DNA of 50,552 nucleotides from an uncultured Ruminococcus sp. (GTDB lineage: Bacteria > Bacillota > Clostridia > Oscillospirales > CAG-272): positions 1-50,552 of the forward strand of contig CAZQII010000003.1 in NCBI GenBank assembly GCA_964593825.1, read 5' to 3'. The first letter of the stretch is position 1. The number at the start of each line of letters is the position of its first letter. Below, piece after piece: positions 28,875-38,324 of this stretch. The notes beneath the pieces were generated by a model. The model was not told where the DNA came from. It worked only from the letters and a program-made list of their open reading frames with translations, and searched no databases. A program made the translations under genes and the position numbers.

Positions 28875-29945
28875 ATGGTTGAAGAAGTAAACGAGTTCGA
28901 TTTTGAAAACCGAATAATCTCGGGAGAATATAACGAAGAGCAGGACGCCGATGTCGAAAATCCGCTGCGCCCGAAGCTGCTCGAGGACTATGTGGGACAG
29001 ACCGTTGCGAAATCGAACCTGAAGGTTTATATCGAGAGTGCGAAGCTCAGGGGCGAGGCACTCGACCACGTTCTCCTCTACGGCCCTCCCGGCCTCGGAA
29101 AGACTACGCTCTCGGGAATCATCGCAAACGAAATGGGCGTAAACATACGCACGACATCCGGCCCCGCGATCGAAAAGCAGGGCGACCTTGCGGCGATACT
29201 CACTAACCTGAACAAGGGCGACGTCCTGTTCATAGACGAAATACACCGACTTTCGCATGCAGTAGAGGAGATCCTCTACCCCGCCATGGAGGATTATTCG
29301 CTGGATATAATCATCGGAAAAGGACCGAGCGCACGCTCGATTCGACTCCCCATCCCGCACTTCACCCTCATAGGTGCGACCACGCGCGCAGGTCAGCTGA
29401 CCTCCCCGCTCCGTGACAGATTCGGCGTCCTCTTAAAGCTTGAGCTGTACACGGTCGAGGAGCTGACGTCCATCGCAAAGCGCTCTGCGAAAATATTGAA
29501 TATCGCAATAACCGACGACGGTGCGCGGCAGATCGCGTCGCGCTCACGCGGGACACCGCGAATCGCAAACCGACTTTTAAAGAGAGTGCGCGATTTCGCA
29601 CTTGTAAAGGGCGACGGCGAGATCACATCGGAAATTGCCGATTTTGCTCTCCGATCGCTTGAGATCGACGAGCTCGGCCTTGATAACACGGACAGAAAAA
29701 TGCTCGAGGCCATAATAAAATTCTATTCCGGCGGCCCTGTGGGACTTGAGACCCTGGCGGCAACTATCGGAGAGGAGGCCGTTACGATCGAGGACGTTTA
29801 CGAGCCGTATCTCATGCAGATCGGATTCCTTTCTCGTACTCCGCGCGGACGGTGCGCGACAAAGCCGGCATACGATCATTTGAAGATCAGCTATTCCGAC
29901 TGTGCAAAGACTCCGTCGGAGCAAAAAAGCTTTTTCGAGGAGTAA
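28875..29945 (+). CDS. ruvB: Holliday junction DNA helicase RuvB
   Basis: It has [12 protein letters not shown], Walker [11 protein letters not shown], Walker [10 protein letters not shown] and [12 protein letters not shown]. Confidence 0.96.
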   Translation: MVEEVNEFDFENRIISGEYNEEQDADVENPLRPKLLEDYVGQTVAKSNLKVYIESAKLRGEALDHVLLYGPPGLGKTTLSGIIANEMGVNIRTTSGPAIEKQGDLAAILTNLNKGDVLFIDEIHRLSHAVEEILYPAMEDYSLDIIIGKGPSARSIRLPIPHFTLIGATTRAGQLTSPLRDRFGVLLKLELYTVEELTSIAKRSAKILNIAITDDGARQIASRSRGTPRIANRLLKRVRDFALVKGDGEITSEIADFALRSLEIDELGLDNTDRKMLEAIIKFYSGGPVGLETLAATIGEEAVTIEDVYEPYLMQIGFLSRTPRGRCATKPAYDHLKISYSDCAKTPSEQKSFFEE

Positions 29946-29950
29946 TAAAA

Positions 29951-29999
29951 AACGAAGCAAGTGGGGTACCGTACGGCTCCTTGCTTCGTTTTATTTATT
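29951..29999. terminator. Bidirectional rho-independent terminator between ruvB (+) and rpe (-)
   Basis: AACGAAGCAAG (29951..29961) pairs with CTTGCTTCGTT (29980..29990). The 3' tail is T-rich on the + strand, and an A-run on the 5' side gives a T-run on the - strand. Confidence 0.8.
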
Positions 30000-30005
30000 C
30001 CCGAT

Positions 30006-30647
30006 TCAGCGCAATGCGTCTATTGCCGCGCGTCTGTCCTTTGCCTTAAACACCGAGCTGCCGGCGACAAGCACGTTGGCGCCCGCCGCCTTGACCTGTG
30101 CGGCGTTCTCCGGCTTTATTCCGCCATCGACCTGGATGTCGATATTAAGTCCGCGCTTTTCCGCTTCTGCCCTGAGTTTTTTCACCTTTTCCAAGGTTTC
30201 CGGTATAAGAGCCTGTCCTCCGTAACCGGGCTCGACCGTCATGACGAGTATCATATCGCAGGAGTCGAGATAAGGATAGACTGTTTCTATCGGAGTGTTC
30301 GGCTTTACGGAAACTGCCGCTTTTTTTCCTTTGCTTTTGATAATTTCAATACAGCCCTTAATATCGTCCGTAGCTTCCGCATGGAATGTCACTATGTCGG
30401 CACCCGCATCGATAAAGCGCGCTATGTATTTTTCCGGCTCATCTATCATCAGATGCACATCGAACGCCATCGCACTCTTTTTGCGCAGAGCCTCTACAAT
30501 GGGCAATCCGAACGAGATATTGGTCACGAACCGTCCGTCCATAACATCAAGATGCACCATATCGGCTCCCGCACGCTCGATGTCATCAACCTCTTCGCCG
30601 AGTCTCGTAAAATCACATGCGAGGACGGAGGGAGAAATTTTGATCAT
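30006..30647 (-). CDS. rpe: Ribulose-phosphate 3-epimerase
   Basis: It has ISPSVLACDF, HLDVMDGRFVTNISFG, VMTVEPGYGGQ and DGGI. The ATG is at 30647, with GAGG upstream. Confidence 0.93.
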   Translation of the reverse strand: MIKISPSVLACDFTRLGEEVDDIERAGADMVHLDVMDGRFVTNISFGLPIVEALRKKSAMAFDVHLMIDEPEKYIARFIDAGADIVTFHAEATDDIKGCIEIIKSKGKKAAVSVKPNTPIETVYPYLDSCDMILVMTVEPGYGGQALIPETLEKVKKLRAEAEKRGLNIDIQVDGGIKPENAAQVKAAGANVLVAGSSVFKAKDRRAAIDALR

Positions 30648-30834
30648 AATATACCTCACTTATATTTTATTATTAATATTAATATAATCACATATATTAT
30701 AGTATAGAATAAAATAATATAGATAAAATTACGCGATCCGCCGCCGTGCGCCGACAATAAAGTTCATGGATGTTTGAAGCTTCGCACGCGGCAGTTGCGA
30801 GTAATTTTACGAAGGCGAAGAAATTCGCCTTTTT

Positions 30835-31320
30835 TTACTGCTCCTTTACAAGCAAAGCGACGCAATGCGCGGCGGCGCCCTCCCCGCTTCCGGTAAATCC
30901 GAGATGCTCCTCGGTCGTTGCCTTGACATTCACTCGCTCGGGTAATACATTTAAGGCAAAAGCGATGTTCGCCTTCATCCTTTCGATATACGGGGCGATT
31001 TTCGGCCTTTGCAGAATGACCGTGGCGTCAATATTGGAAACAGAATATCCCTGCTCCCGCATGATGCCCGCCACTCTCGTCAAAAGATGCATGCTTGAAA
31101 TATCCAAGAACTCATCCGACGTGTCCGGAAAATGCCGTCCGATATCACCGAGGCCGAGCGCACCGAGCACGGCGTCCATGACTGCATGAAGCAAGACATC
31201 CGCGTCCGAATGTCCGAGCAAACCCACGGAATGCGGAATTTCGACACCGCCTATGATCAGGCGCCTTCCTTCGACAAGCTTGTGCACATCGTATCCGTGA
31301 CCTATTCTGAAATCATTCAT
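30835..31320 (-). CDS. ispF: 2-C-methyl-D-erythritol 2,4-cyclodiphosphate synthase
   Basis: It has [26 protein letters not shown] and [11 protein letters not shown]. Confidence 0.95.
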   Translation of the reverse strand: MNDFRIGHGYDVHKLVEGRRLIIGGVEIPHSVGLLGHSDADVLLHAVMDAVLGALGLGDIGRHFPDTSDEFLDISSMHLLTRVAGIMREQGYSVSNIDATVILQRPKIAPYIERMKANIAFALNVLPERVNVKATTEEHLGFTGSGEGAAAHCVALLVKEQ

Positions 31321-32008
31321 CTAAATAACCCCTTTGAATCAAAAACTCCGCATATTCAATATCCCTGCGTGTGGTGATCTTGAAATTGTACCGATCCGTC
31401 ACAACGGGATAAACGGGAACTCCGCTCAATTCGAGAAGCATATTGTCGTCTGTCACTTCCTCCGCGGAAAATGCCGCGAGCGCCGACTTATACAGATCCC
31501 TGTCGAAGATCTGCGGCGTTTGAGCGAGCAAAAGACCGTCACGCGGAACGGTTTTCACTATCATTCCGCCCGCGTCCGTCGCCTTGACCGTGTCGGTAAC
31601 GGGAGCGGCAGCACTCGCGGCGCGGTGCTCGTAGGCCGCCCTGCAGACAAGATCTATCAGCTCAGGCGAGATGACACAGCGCGCCGCATCGTGAACGGCA
31701 ACAAACCGCGCGCGGTCCGACACAGCGCCGAATCCGCGCTCCGCCGATTCTCTGCGTGTTGCTCCGCCGAGCACGATGTGCTTGACCTTTTTGAATTCGG
31801 AGAGCTCGCATCCTGCAAACTCCGTCTCCCCGTCGCGGCAGACGACGATTATCTCATCTATCTCCTCCGCGCTTTCAAAGGCCGAGACGGAACGGTAAAG
31901 CACGCTCTTTCCGCATATGATCATTTTCTGCTTGGTCACATCGGAGTGCATCCTCGACCCCATCCCCGCCGCAAGGATCACGGCGGAGGTAATTTGTTTT
32001 TCTCTCAT
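31313..32008 (-). CDS. ispD: 2-C-methyl-D-erythritol 4-phosphate cytidylyltransferase
   Basis: It has the [13 protein letters not shown]-loop-like motif, VAVHDAARC and QTPQIF. It overlaps ispF by 8 nt. Confidence 0.92.
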   Translation of the reverse strand: MREKQITSAVILAAGMGSRMHSDVTKQKMIICGKSVLYRSVSAFESAEEIDEIIVVCRDGETEFAGCELSEFKKVKHIVLGGATRRESAERGFGAVSDRARFVAVHDAARCVISPELIDLVCRAAYEHRAASAAAPVTDTVKATDAGGMIVKTVPRDGLLLAQTPQIFDRDLYKSALAAFSAEEVTDDNMLLELSGVPVYPVVTDRYNFKITTRRDIEYAEFLIQRGYLDE

Positions 32009-32015
32009 GAAACGG

Positions 32016-32354
32016 TCACTTTCTGTAATAAACGAAATGGGCGGTCAGCGTTCTTATTTTCCCGTCTTCAAGCAGATTCGGCCCCTTGATGATAACGCCG
32101 TCGCCGCTCATAAGATAGCTCGCATCCATCTCGCCGACATCGCAGACAAACAGACGATCGCCCGACGAATCGATTATAAACTTACCGTCCTTAAGACAGA
32201 GCGCTCCTCCGCGCCCCACCACATCCTCGTTTCCGTCGTTGTGCTCGGTCACATACTTAATTACCTGACCGTGTAATTCGCGTGCGCGGGCAAGGCGGTA
32301 CGAGTAGCTGTCCGTTTTTTTGTTTTTACCGAATAACTTTTTGATTAACGACAT
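32016..32354 (-). CDS. Hypothetical 112-aa protein, first gene of the ispDF unit
   Basis: A strong GGAGG RBS lies 7 nt upstream of the ATG, and the stop is 7 nt from the ispD start. The protein has a basic N-terminus followed by a beta-rich profile. No family recognised. Confidence 0.6.
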   Translation of the reverse strand: MSLIKKLFGKNKKTDSYSYRLARARELHGQVIKYVTEHNDGNEDVVGRGGALCLKDGKFIIDSSGDRLFVCDVGEMDASYLMSGDGVIIKGPNLLEDGKIRTLTAHFVYYRK

Positions 32355-32477
32355 TGCCGAACCTCCGTTTTATATTATAATTTTATCATAAAACGGCGCA
32401 AAATGGAAGAGCTTTTTTATCTTTTTAAGGATTTTAAAAAAATTTTTATTTTTTTGAGACTTTTTTTGGAAAAACTA

Positions 32478-32506
32478 TTGCATTTTTCATTTTTTTGTAT
32501 TATAAT
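32478..32506 (+). promoter_or_regulatory. dcw-cluster (mraZ) promoter
   Basis: It reads TTGCAT (32478..32483), a 17-nt spacer, then TATAAT (32501..32506). Confidence 0.65.
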
Positions 32507-32513
32507 AGTAGCA

Positions 32514-32540
32514 AAGTGGGTTGAAGTGGAGCATTGTGAT
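32514..32540 (+). promoter_or_regulatory. Putative MraZ operator: three GTGG-type direct repeats at 10-bp phasing
   Basis: The sequence reads AAGTGGG ttg AAGTGGA gca TTGTGAT, with GTG at 32516, 32526 and 32536. It lies immediately downstream of the -10 element. Confidence 0.55.
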
Positions 32541-32597
32541 CAAAAAAACCGCTTCATGCCCCGATCGAAACGCAAATTTGCCGAAAGGAGGTAAGAT

Positions 32598-33020
32598 ATG
32601 TCTTTTGTCGGTTCGTATACTCATTCGCTCGATGCGAAAAAGCGTGTGTTCATTCCTTCAAAATTCAGAGAAGAGCTTGGCGATGTTTTTTACATCACGA
32701 GAAAATTCGATTCTTACCTTTCGGTGTACACATCTGACGAATGGGAAGCCTTTGTTGATAAAATCGAACGACTGCCGGAATCGGATGCGGAAGAGATCCA
32801 GGACTTTATTCTCGGTGCTGCTCAGAAATGCACCCCCGACGCAAGCGGAAGGATAATATTGGACGAGAAGCTTGCCGCTCATGCGGGGATTGAAAAGAAC
32901 ATTGTTTTTGTCGGAGCGGGACGTCAGATAAGAATTTGGTCCGAGGAGCTTTGGAACGAGCGCGAAAAGAAGCGCGACTTCGGAAAAATGCGCGAAATCA
33001 TGCGCCAGTACGGACTTTGA
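32598..33020 (+). CDS. mraZ: Transcriptional regulator MraZ
   Basis: It has FVGSYTHSLDAKKRVFIPSKFR and a second SpoVT/AbrB-like half with GRIILDEKL. An AGGAGG RBS precedes the start. Confidence 0.93.
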   Translation: MSFVGSYTHSLDAKKRVFIPSKFREELGDVFYITRKFDSYLSVYTSDEWEAFVDKIERLPESDAEEIQDFILGAAQKCTPDASGRIILDEKLAAHAGIEKNIVFVGAGRQIRIWSEELWNEREKKRDFGKMREIMRQYGL

Positions 33021-33049
33021 TTCATTCAATCTAAAGGAGACCCGAATAT

Positions 33050-33994
33050 ATGTCGGAAACGACTTTTTCACATATGTCGGTGTTGCTGAACGAATGCATA
33101 GATTCGTTAAATATACGTGACGGCTACACCTATATTGATGCAACCGCCGGCGGAGGCGGCCATTCCCTCGAAATCGCGAAGCGATTGGGAGACGGCGCGC
33201 GCCTCATTGCCTTCGACCGTGATAAAAATGCAATAAACGCGGCAAGAGAGAGACTGCGCGATTATTCGGATAAAGTAATATTTATAAATGATAATTTTTC
33301 TTCGATAGGACGAGTCCTCGAGGAATACAGGGTGGACAGGCTCGGCGGTGTCCTTGCCGATCTCGGCTGCAGCTCCCACCAATTCGACACGCCGGAGCGC
33401 GGATTCAGCTACATGCACGATGCTCCGCTCGATATGAGGATGGACACGGATGCTCCGCTGTCGGCCTACGAGGTCGTAAACGAATACTCCGCGGAGAGAC
33501 TGAAAAAAATAATATACGATTACGGCGAGGAGCGCTTTGCTCCGCGCATTGCCGCAAAGATTGCTGAATGCCGCATGACGGCACCGATCAAAACGACGCT
33601 CGAGCTTTCCGAGATCATAAAGTCGGTCATCCCCCCCGCTGCAAGAACGGGCGGACCTCATCCGGCAAAGAGAACGTTTCAGGCGATAAGGATCGAGGTC
33701 AACTCCGAGCTCGACGCGATCGAGCCGCTGATCCGCACCGCAGGTGCCGCGCTTGAAAAAAGCGGAAGGATCGCCGTAATATCGTTCCACTCATTGGAAG
33801 ACAGAATAGTCAAGCAAACATACAAAAGCATGTCCGAGGGGTGCACGTGCCCGAAGGACTTCCCCGTTTGCATATGCGGCAACAAGCCTATAATTAAAGA
33901 AATTACGAAAAAGCCCATTCTCCCGAGTGAGGCGGAATTAAACGAAAATCCCCGCTCAAGAAGCGCAAAGCTCAGAGTGGCGGAGAAATTATAA
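33050..33994 (+). CDS. rsmH: 16S rRNA (cytosine1402-N4)-methyltransferase
   Basis: It has HMSVLLNECI, DATAGGGGHS, DLGCSSHQFD, ISFHSLEDRIVK and NPRSRSAKLR. Confidence 0.95.
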   Translation: MSETTFSHMSVLLNECIDSLNIRDGYTYIDATAGGGGHSLEIAKRLGDGARLIAFDRDKNAINAARERLRDYSDKVIFINDNFSSIGRVLEEYRVDRLGGVLADLGCSSHQFDTPERGFSYMHDAPLDMRMDTDAPLSAYEVVNEYSAERLKKIIYDYGEERFAPRIAAKIAECRMTAPIKTTLELSEIIKSVIPPAARTGGPHPAKRTFQAIRIEVNSELDAIEPLIRTAGAALEKSGRIAVISFHSLEDRIVKQTYKSMSEGCTCPKDFPVCICGNKPIIKEITKKPILPSEAELNENPRSRSAKLRVAEKL

Positions 33995-34010
33995 AAGGAG
34001 AAATAAAAAG

Positions 34011-34466
34011 ATGATTTCCACGACAGCATACGACCACCTGTATGAAAACCTTAAAAATAGATTTACCGTAGAAAACGATAGCCTGGAATGCACGCTCGGA
34101 GAATATATGCTTGCAAAAGCACGCGAGGCGTCTTCCGTTTCTTCCCTTCCCGTAGCCGTTAACGATTACAGCGGAAGCAGAAAGGTCATCCATGAGATAG
34201 TTACATATGTCAACGAAAAGCTCACGATCAAAAAGGCCCCCGCGAAGGACAAGACAATGCGTGCCTTCCCCCTGAGGACCTCGCTTGCATCACTTATGTC
34301 TGCGCTTTTGGTCTGCACGCTCGTCGTTACATACGGCTTCATCGGCGGCACCGATCTTTCCGGCGAGTCCGAATCGGCAAGCGCAAGGTATGAGGCACAG
34401 GACGCGGATGTTTACGACGCGGAACCTACCGTTACATACAGCACATCCGAGACACTTTCCGCTTAA
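34011..34466 (+). CDS. Single-pass membrane protein in the ftsL position (atypical; identity as FtsL unproven)
   Basis: It has an AGGAG RBS and one TM segment (LASLMSALLVCTLVVTYGFIGG) at residues ~92-113. Only about 38 acidic, low-complexity residues lie beyond the TM segment. Confidence 0.55.
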   Translation: MISTTAYDHLYENLKNRFTVENDSLECTLGEYMLAKAREASSVSSLPVAVNDYSGSRKVIHEIVTYVNEKLTIKKAPAKDKTMRAFPLRTSLASLMSALLVCTLVVTYGFIGGTDLSGESESASARYEAQDADVYDAEPTVTYSTSETLSA

Positions 34467-34522
34467 TTTTATTCAGTTTATATTTTAATTTCCTTTCATA
34501 TTTTTATTTTGGCAGCAATAAG

Positions 34523-34567
34523 ATATAGCGATGGCCTATTTGCGAGGGTCGTCGCTATATTTTTTTG
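34523..34567 (+). terminator. Intrinsic-terminator-like hairpin + T7 between the ftsL-position gene and the PBP gene
   Basis: ATATAGCGA (34523..34531) pairs with TCGCTATAT (34552..34560). The stem extends by five further pairs, three Watson-Crick and two G:U. TTTTTTG follows at 34561..34567. Confidence 0.65.
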
Positions 34568-34587
34568 TTACGGAGAATTTTATTTTA

Positions 34588-36843
34588 ATGAACGGAAGTA
34601 CCTTGGAAAAGGATATTATGAAAAGGTTGTGTAAAAAGAGGCTGATCGCCGTTGGCCTGCTCTTTTGCATCCTGCTCGGATATCTAATCGTCAATTTATT
34701 TTATCTGCAATATGTAAAGCACGATTATTATAAACAAAAAACGTACGATCAGATAACGACATCCTCGCTTTTAAAGGCGGAGCGAGGTAAGATCTACGAC
34801 TCGAGCCTGAACATCCTCGCAACGGACGAAACCGTCTGGAGGATATTCGTTTCCTCCCGCGAAATAAAGAAGGCTGAGAAAAACGGGCGCACGGATTGCG
34901 CGGGGCTGATTGCCGCGGGACTCGCCGAGATCCTAAATCTCAATGAAAATACGATTCTCGCAAAGATCACAAATACCAACAGACTCGACGTGACTGTAAA
35001 GCGCTCCGTCGAGGAGGCGGAATATCTGAAGGTGCTCGATTTCATTATCGAAAACAGCCTTGAGGAGCTTGTGTTTACGGAGGCGCAAACATCGCGCTAC
35101 TACCCGTCACAAACGCTCGCGGCACATGTGCTCGGATTTACGGGAAGCGAAAACAACGGACTTTTCGGTCTCGAATACTATTACAACAGCACTCTGAACG
35201 GTAAGGACGGCTACTACCTGTACGCTAAGGACGCAAACGGCAACACCCTGCCCACCGATTACTCCGAGATATCCCCCGCCACAAGCGGAAATTCGATCGT
35301 CACCACACTGGATTCATACCTGCAAAGAGAGCTTGAATCACAGCTCGAGACAATAAGAATAAATCATGAGGTCAACAACAGAGTTACAGGCATCGTAATG
35401 GACACATCCACCGGCGCCATCCTCGCGATGGCGACATCATCGCCCTTCGACCCGAACGAGCCATTTGTCCTCGACTCGGAATCAAGCAAAAGGCTTTCCG
35501 CCTCGGGCTTTACGGAAGGAAGCGAGGAATACATTAAATATAAGAACGAGCTTTTGCAGGAAATGTGGTCGAATAAGGCCGTAAGCCAGCTGTACGAGCC
35601 CGGATCTACATTCAAGATCGTTACCGTATGCGCCGCATTGGATTCGGGCGCCGCAAAGATAACAGACACCTTTTCATGCAAGGGTTATCACGAGGTCGGC
35701 GGCTGGAGGATAAAATGCCATAAGGTCACGGGGCACGGCTCGAGCTTTTCTCTTGCTTACGGACTTCAAATGTCGTGCAACCCGACCATGATGACCGTTG
35801 CGGAGCGGCTCGGAGCGGAGGCGTTTTATTCATATGTCGGAAAATTCGGATATTTTGAGAAGACGGGCATAGACCTGCCCGGAGAGGCATCGACTATTTT
35901 TCACAAGCTCGAAAATATAGGATCGACGGAGCTGGCGACGGCATCATTCGGACAAAGATTCAAGGTTTCGGTAATAAATCAGCTCACGGCAATCTCCGCG
36001 GTGGCAAACGGCGGAGCTCTTGTTACTCCCTACCTCGTGCAAAAAGTGATCGACAGCAACGGCAACACGGTCTCAGAGCATGAAACGCAGATCAGGGCTC
36101 AGGTCGTAAGCAAGGAGGTCGCCGACACCGTCGCAAAGGTCCTTGAGGAGGGCGTCAGCGGCGACGGAGGAGCGAAGAACGCGCATGTGTTCGGTTACAG
36201 CGTTGCAGCAAAAACGGGAACCTCGCAAAAATTCGACGTGCTTGACGAAAACGGAAATTCTTATCTCAGGATCGCCTCGACCGTGGCCTTCACGACCGGA
36301 TATGAAAGAAACATTTCGATGATAATAGTCGTCGACGAGCCTATGTCGAGCGTAAAATACGGCAGCGTCGTTGCGGCACCGTACGTTTCGGCCTTTCTCG
36401 AAAAGGCGCTGCCCTACCTCGAATACAAGTCGACCGAGGAGGAGCTGTACTCCGATGTCAAAAGCTACACGGGAATGAGCGTTTCGTCGGCCGTAAGCGC
36501 ACTAAAGGCAGACGGGATAGAATATAAAATAGTGGGAAACGGAGCATCCGTCATCTCTCAAATGCCCGCCGTCGGTGACAGAATAAACACAAAGCTCTCG
36601 AGAGTCTATCTTTATACGGAGAATGTCACGGAGGACATCATCATGCCCTCGCTGATAGGACTCGACGCGGCGGAGGCAAACCGGATCGCCACGAATCTCG
36701 GGCTGAACATTCAAATACTCGGAGCCCTCACTGATTTCAGTGCACCGCTGACGGTCTCGGAACAGTCGATAGCCGAGGGAGAAAAAATAAAGCGCGGGCA
36801 AGTTCTTATACTCAGGCTGATCTCCACCGCCTTTGAAGATTAG
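34588..36843 (+). CDS. Class B penicillin-binding protein (FtsI/PBP2B/SpoVD type) with two C-terminal PASTA domains
   Basis: It has an N-terminal TM anchor and the transpeptidase motifs STFK, SCN (in the SxN position) and KTGTS, followed by two PASTA-like repeats. The ORF-track start at 34531 lies inside the terminator hairpin. The start is either the ATG at 34588 (GGAG 12 nt upstream) or the ATG at 34618. Confidence 0.88.
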   Translation: MNGSTLEKDIMKRLCKKRLIAVGLLFCILLGYLIVNLFYLQYVKHDYYKQKTYDQITTSSLLKAERGKIYDSSLNILATDETVWRIFVSSREIKKAEKNGRTDCAGLIAAGLAEILNLNENTILAKITNTNRLDVTVKRSVEEAEYLKVLDFIIENSLEELVFTEAQTSRYYPSQTLAAHVLGFTGSENNGLFGLEYYYNSTLNGKDGYYLYAKDANGNTLPTDYSEISPATSGNSIVTTLDSYLQRELESQLETIRINHEVNNRVTGIVMDTSTGAILAMATSSPFDPNEPFVLDSESSKRLSASGFTEGSEEYIKYKNELLQEMWSNKAVSQLYEPGSTFKIVTVCAALDSGAAKITDTFSCKGYHEVGGWRIKCHKVTGHGSSFSLAYGLQMSCNPTMMTVAERLGAEAFYSYVGKFGYFEKTGIDLPGEASTIFHKLENIGSTELATASFGQRFKVSVINQLTAISAVANGGALVTPYLVQKVIDSNGNTVSEHETQIRAQVVSKEVADTVAKVLEEGVSGDGGAKNAHVFGYSVAAKTGTSQKFDVLDENGNSYLRIASTVAFTTGYERNISMIIVVDEPMSSVKYGSVVAAPYVSAFLEKALPYLEYKSTEEELYSDVKSYTGMSVSSAVSALKADGIEYKIVGNGASVISQMPAVGDRINTKLSRVYLYTENVTEDIIMPSLIGLDAAEANRIATNLGLNIQILGALTDFSAPLTVSEQSIAEGEKIKRGQVLILRLISTAFED

Positions 36844-36851
36844 GAGGATCT

Positions 36852-38324
36852 ATGTATATCGAAAACATACTTAAAAGCGACGAATACACCTGCCTGTCCG
36901 ATGTAAGCCGCCTCGAATTCAAGAAAATTACATATAAAATGAGCGAGGCGGATTCCGACAGTGTTTATTTTCACCTCGGAAATACCGCTCCTTCGTCAAA
37001 TGATTTCAATGAAATTCCCGTCGCCGTCGTGATAAGCGCAGATGCCGAGGCATCGGACGGTGATCTCACCGTGCTTACGGCAAAAAACATAAGGCGCCTG
37101 CTCTCTTATGCATATTTCAGATATGTCGGAGTCGACATCGGCGAGCTGAAATTCATCGGCGTCACCGGAACGAACGGGAAAACGACCACCGCGACCATGA
37201 TAAAAAGAATACTTGAGGCCGAGGGTAAAAAAACAGGCTTTATCGGAACGGGCAAAATTGAAAGCGTCGGTAAAATGCTGACCGATCTCACTTACTCGAT
37301 GACGACCCCGGATCCCGATATTCTGTACCCGGCGCTTGCCGTAATGAAAAATGACGGATGCGAATATATTGTAATGGAGGTGTCGAGCCACGCCCTGGCA
37401 CTGGAGAAGCTGGCTCCGATAAGCTTCGAGGCCTCCGTTTTCACGAATCTGTCGCACGAGCACCTGGATTTTCATCAGAATATGCAGAATTATTACCGTG
37501 CGAAAATGCGCCTCTTTGAGCAAAGCAAGATCGGTATTTTCAATATTGACGACGCTTACGTCCGCCGCGCATTTGCGGAATGCAAATGTAAGAAAACGAG
37601 TGTCGGCGTGCTTTGGAGCGCGGATACCGTGGCGAAGGAGCCAGAGATGCGCGGACTTTCGGGCTCGTCATATTTATATCGGGCGCGCGATTTTATATTC
37701 AGAATGAATTTACCTCTTGCAGGTGCATATAATATATACAACTCCCTGTGCGCGATCACCGCGGCCGTTACCGTCGGATGCCGCCCGTGCATTGCAAAGC
37801 GCGCACTCGAAGAAATGCGATCTCCGACAGGAAGATTTGAGGTCATCGAGAGCGACATCACCGTTATAATCGATTATGCGCACACTCCTATGGCGATAGA
37901 GAATATGCTGAAAACCGTGAATTCGTGCAAAAACGCGGGGCAGAAGCTAATTTGCATATTCGGATGCGGCGGAGTGCGCGACAAAAAGAAGCGCCCTATA
38001 ATGGGACACATTGCAGAGACGCTCGCCGACTTTGCGGTTATAACCGAGGATAATTCTCGCTCGGAGGACAGGGATCGTATCATAAACGATATACTGTCGG
38101 GTATAAGTGACAGCAGTAAGATCGCGGTTATTCCGTCGCGCAGGCTCGCGATAGAAAACACCTTGCTGAACGCTCCTGCATCCTCGGTCATCGCCATACT
38201 CGGCAAGGGAGCCGAAAAATACAATATCGATAGCACCGGAGCTCACCCCTTCGATGAGCACGAAATAATTGCCGAGACACTGAAGAAAAGGAAGCGGGAA
38301 CGGTGCAATGAAGGCGAAGCTTGA
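36852..38324 (+). CDS. murE: UDP-N-acetylmuramoyl-L-alanyl-D-glutamate--2,6-diaminopimelate ligase
   Basis: It has GVTGTNGKTTT and the Mur ligase middle and C domains, with DYAHTP. It sits in the dcw position between the PBP gene and murF. The amino-acid specificity (DAP versus Lys) was not verified. Confidence 0.88.
   Translation: MYIENILKSDEYTCLSDVSRLEFKKITYKMSEADSDSVYFHLGNTAPSSNDFNEIPVAVVISADAEASDGDLTVLTAKNIRRLLSYAYFRYVGVDIGELKFIGVTGTNGKTTTATMIKRILEAEGKKTGFIGTGKIESVGKMLTDLTYSMTTPDPDILYPALAVMKNDGCEYIVMEVSSHALALEKLAPISFEASVFTNLSHEHLDFHQNMQNYYRAKMRLFEQSKIGIFNIDDAYVRRAFAECKCKKTSVGVLWSADTVAKEPEMRGLSGSSYLYRARDFIFRMNLPLAGAYNIYNSLCAITAAVTVGCRPCIAKRALEEMRSPTGRFEVIESDITVIIDYAHTPMAIENMLKTVNSCKNAGQKLICIFGCGGVRDKKKRPIMGHIAETLADFAVITEDNSRSEDRDRIINDILSGISDSSKIAVIPSRRLAIENTLLNAPASSVIAILGKGAEKYNIDSTGAHPFDEHEIIAETLKKRKRERCNEGEA

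Noticed and set aside
30811-30834. The hairpin AAGGCGAA-GAAA-TTCGCCTT followed by T7 on the plus strand next to the ispF stop, considered as evidence for a plus-strand sRNA in the rpe-ispF spacer.
   Set aside because: No plus-strand promoter or gene lies upstream, and the plus ORF 30770-31189 is antisense to ispF. The same hairpin read on the minus strand sits exactly after the ispF stop. It is more simply a weak-tailed ispF terminator.
32403-32594. A 63-aa ORF in the mraZ upstream region.
   Set aside because: It overlaps the promoter and the MraZ boxes. It is AT-rich with a Phe/Leu/Lys-dominated translation and has no RBS.
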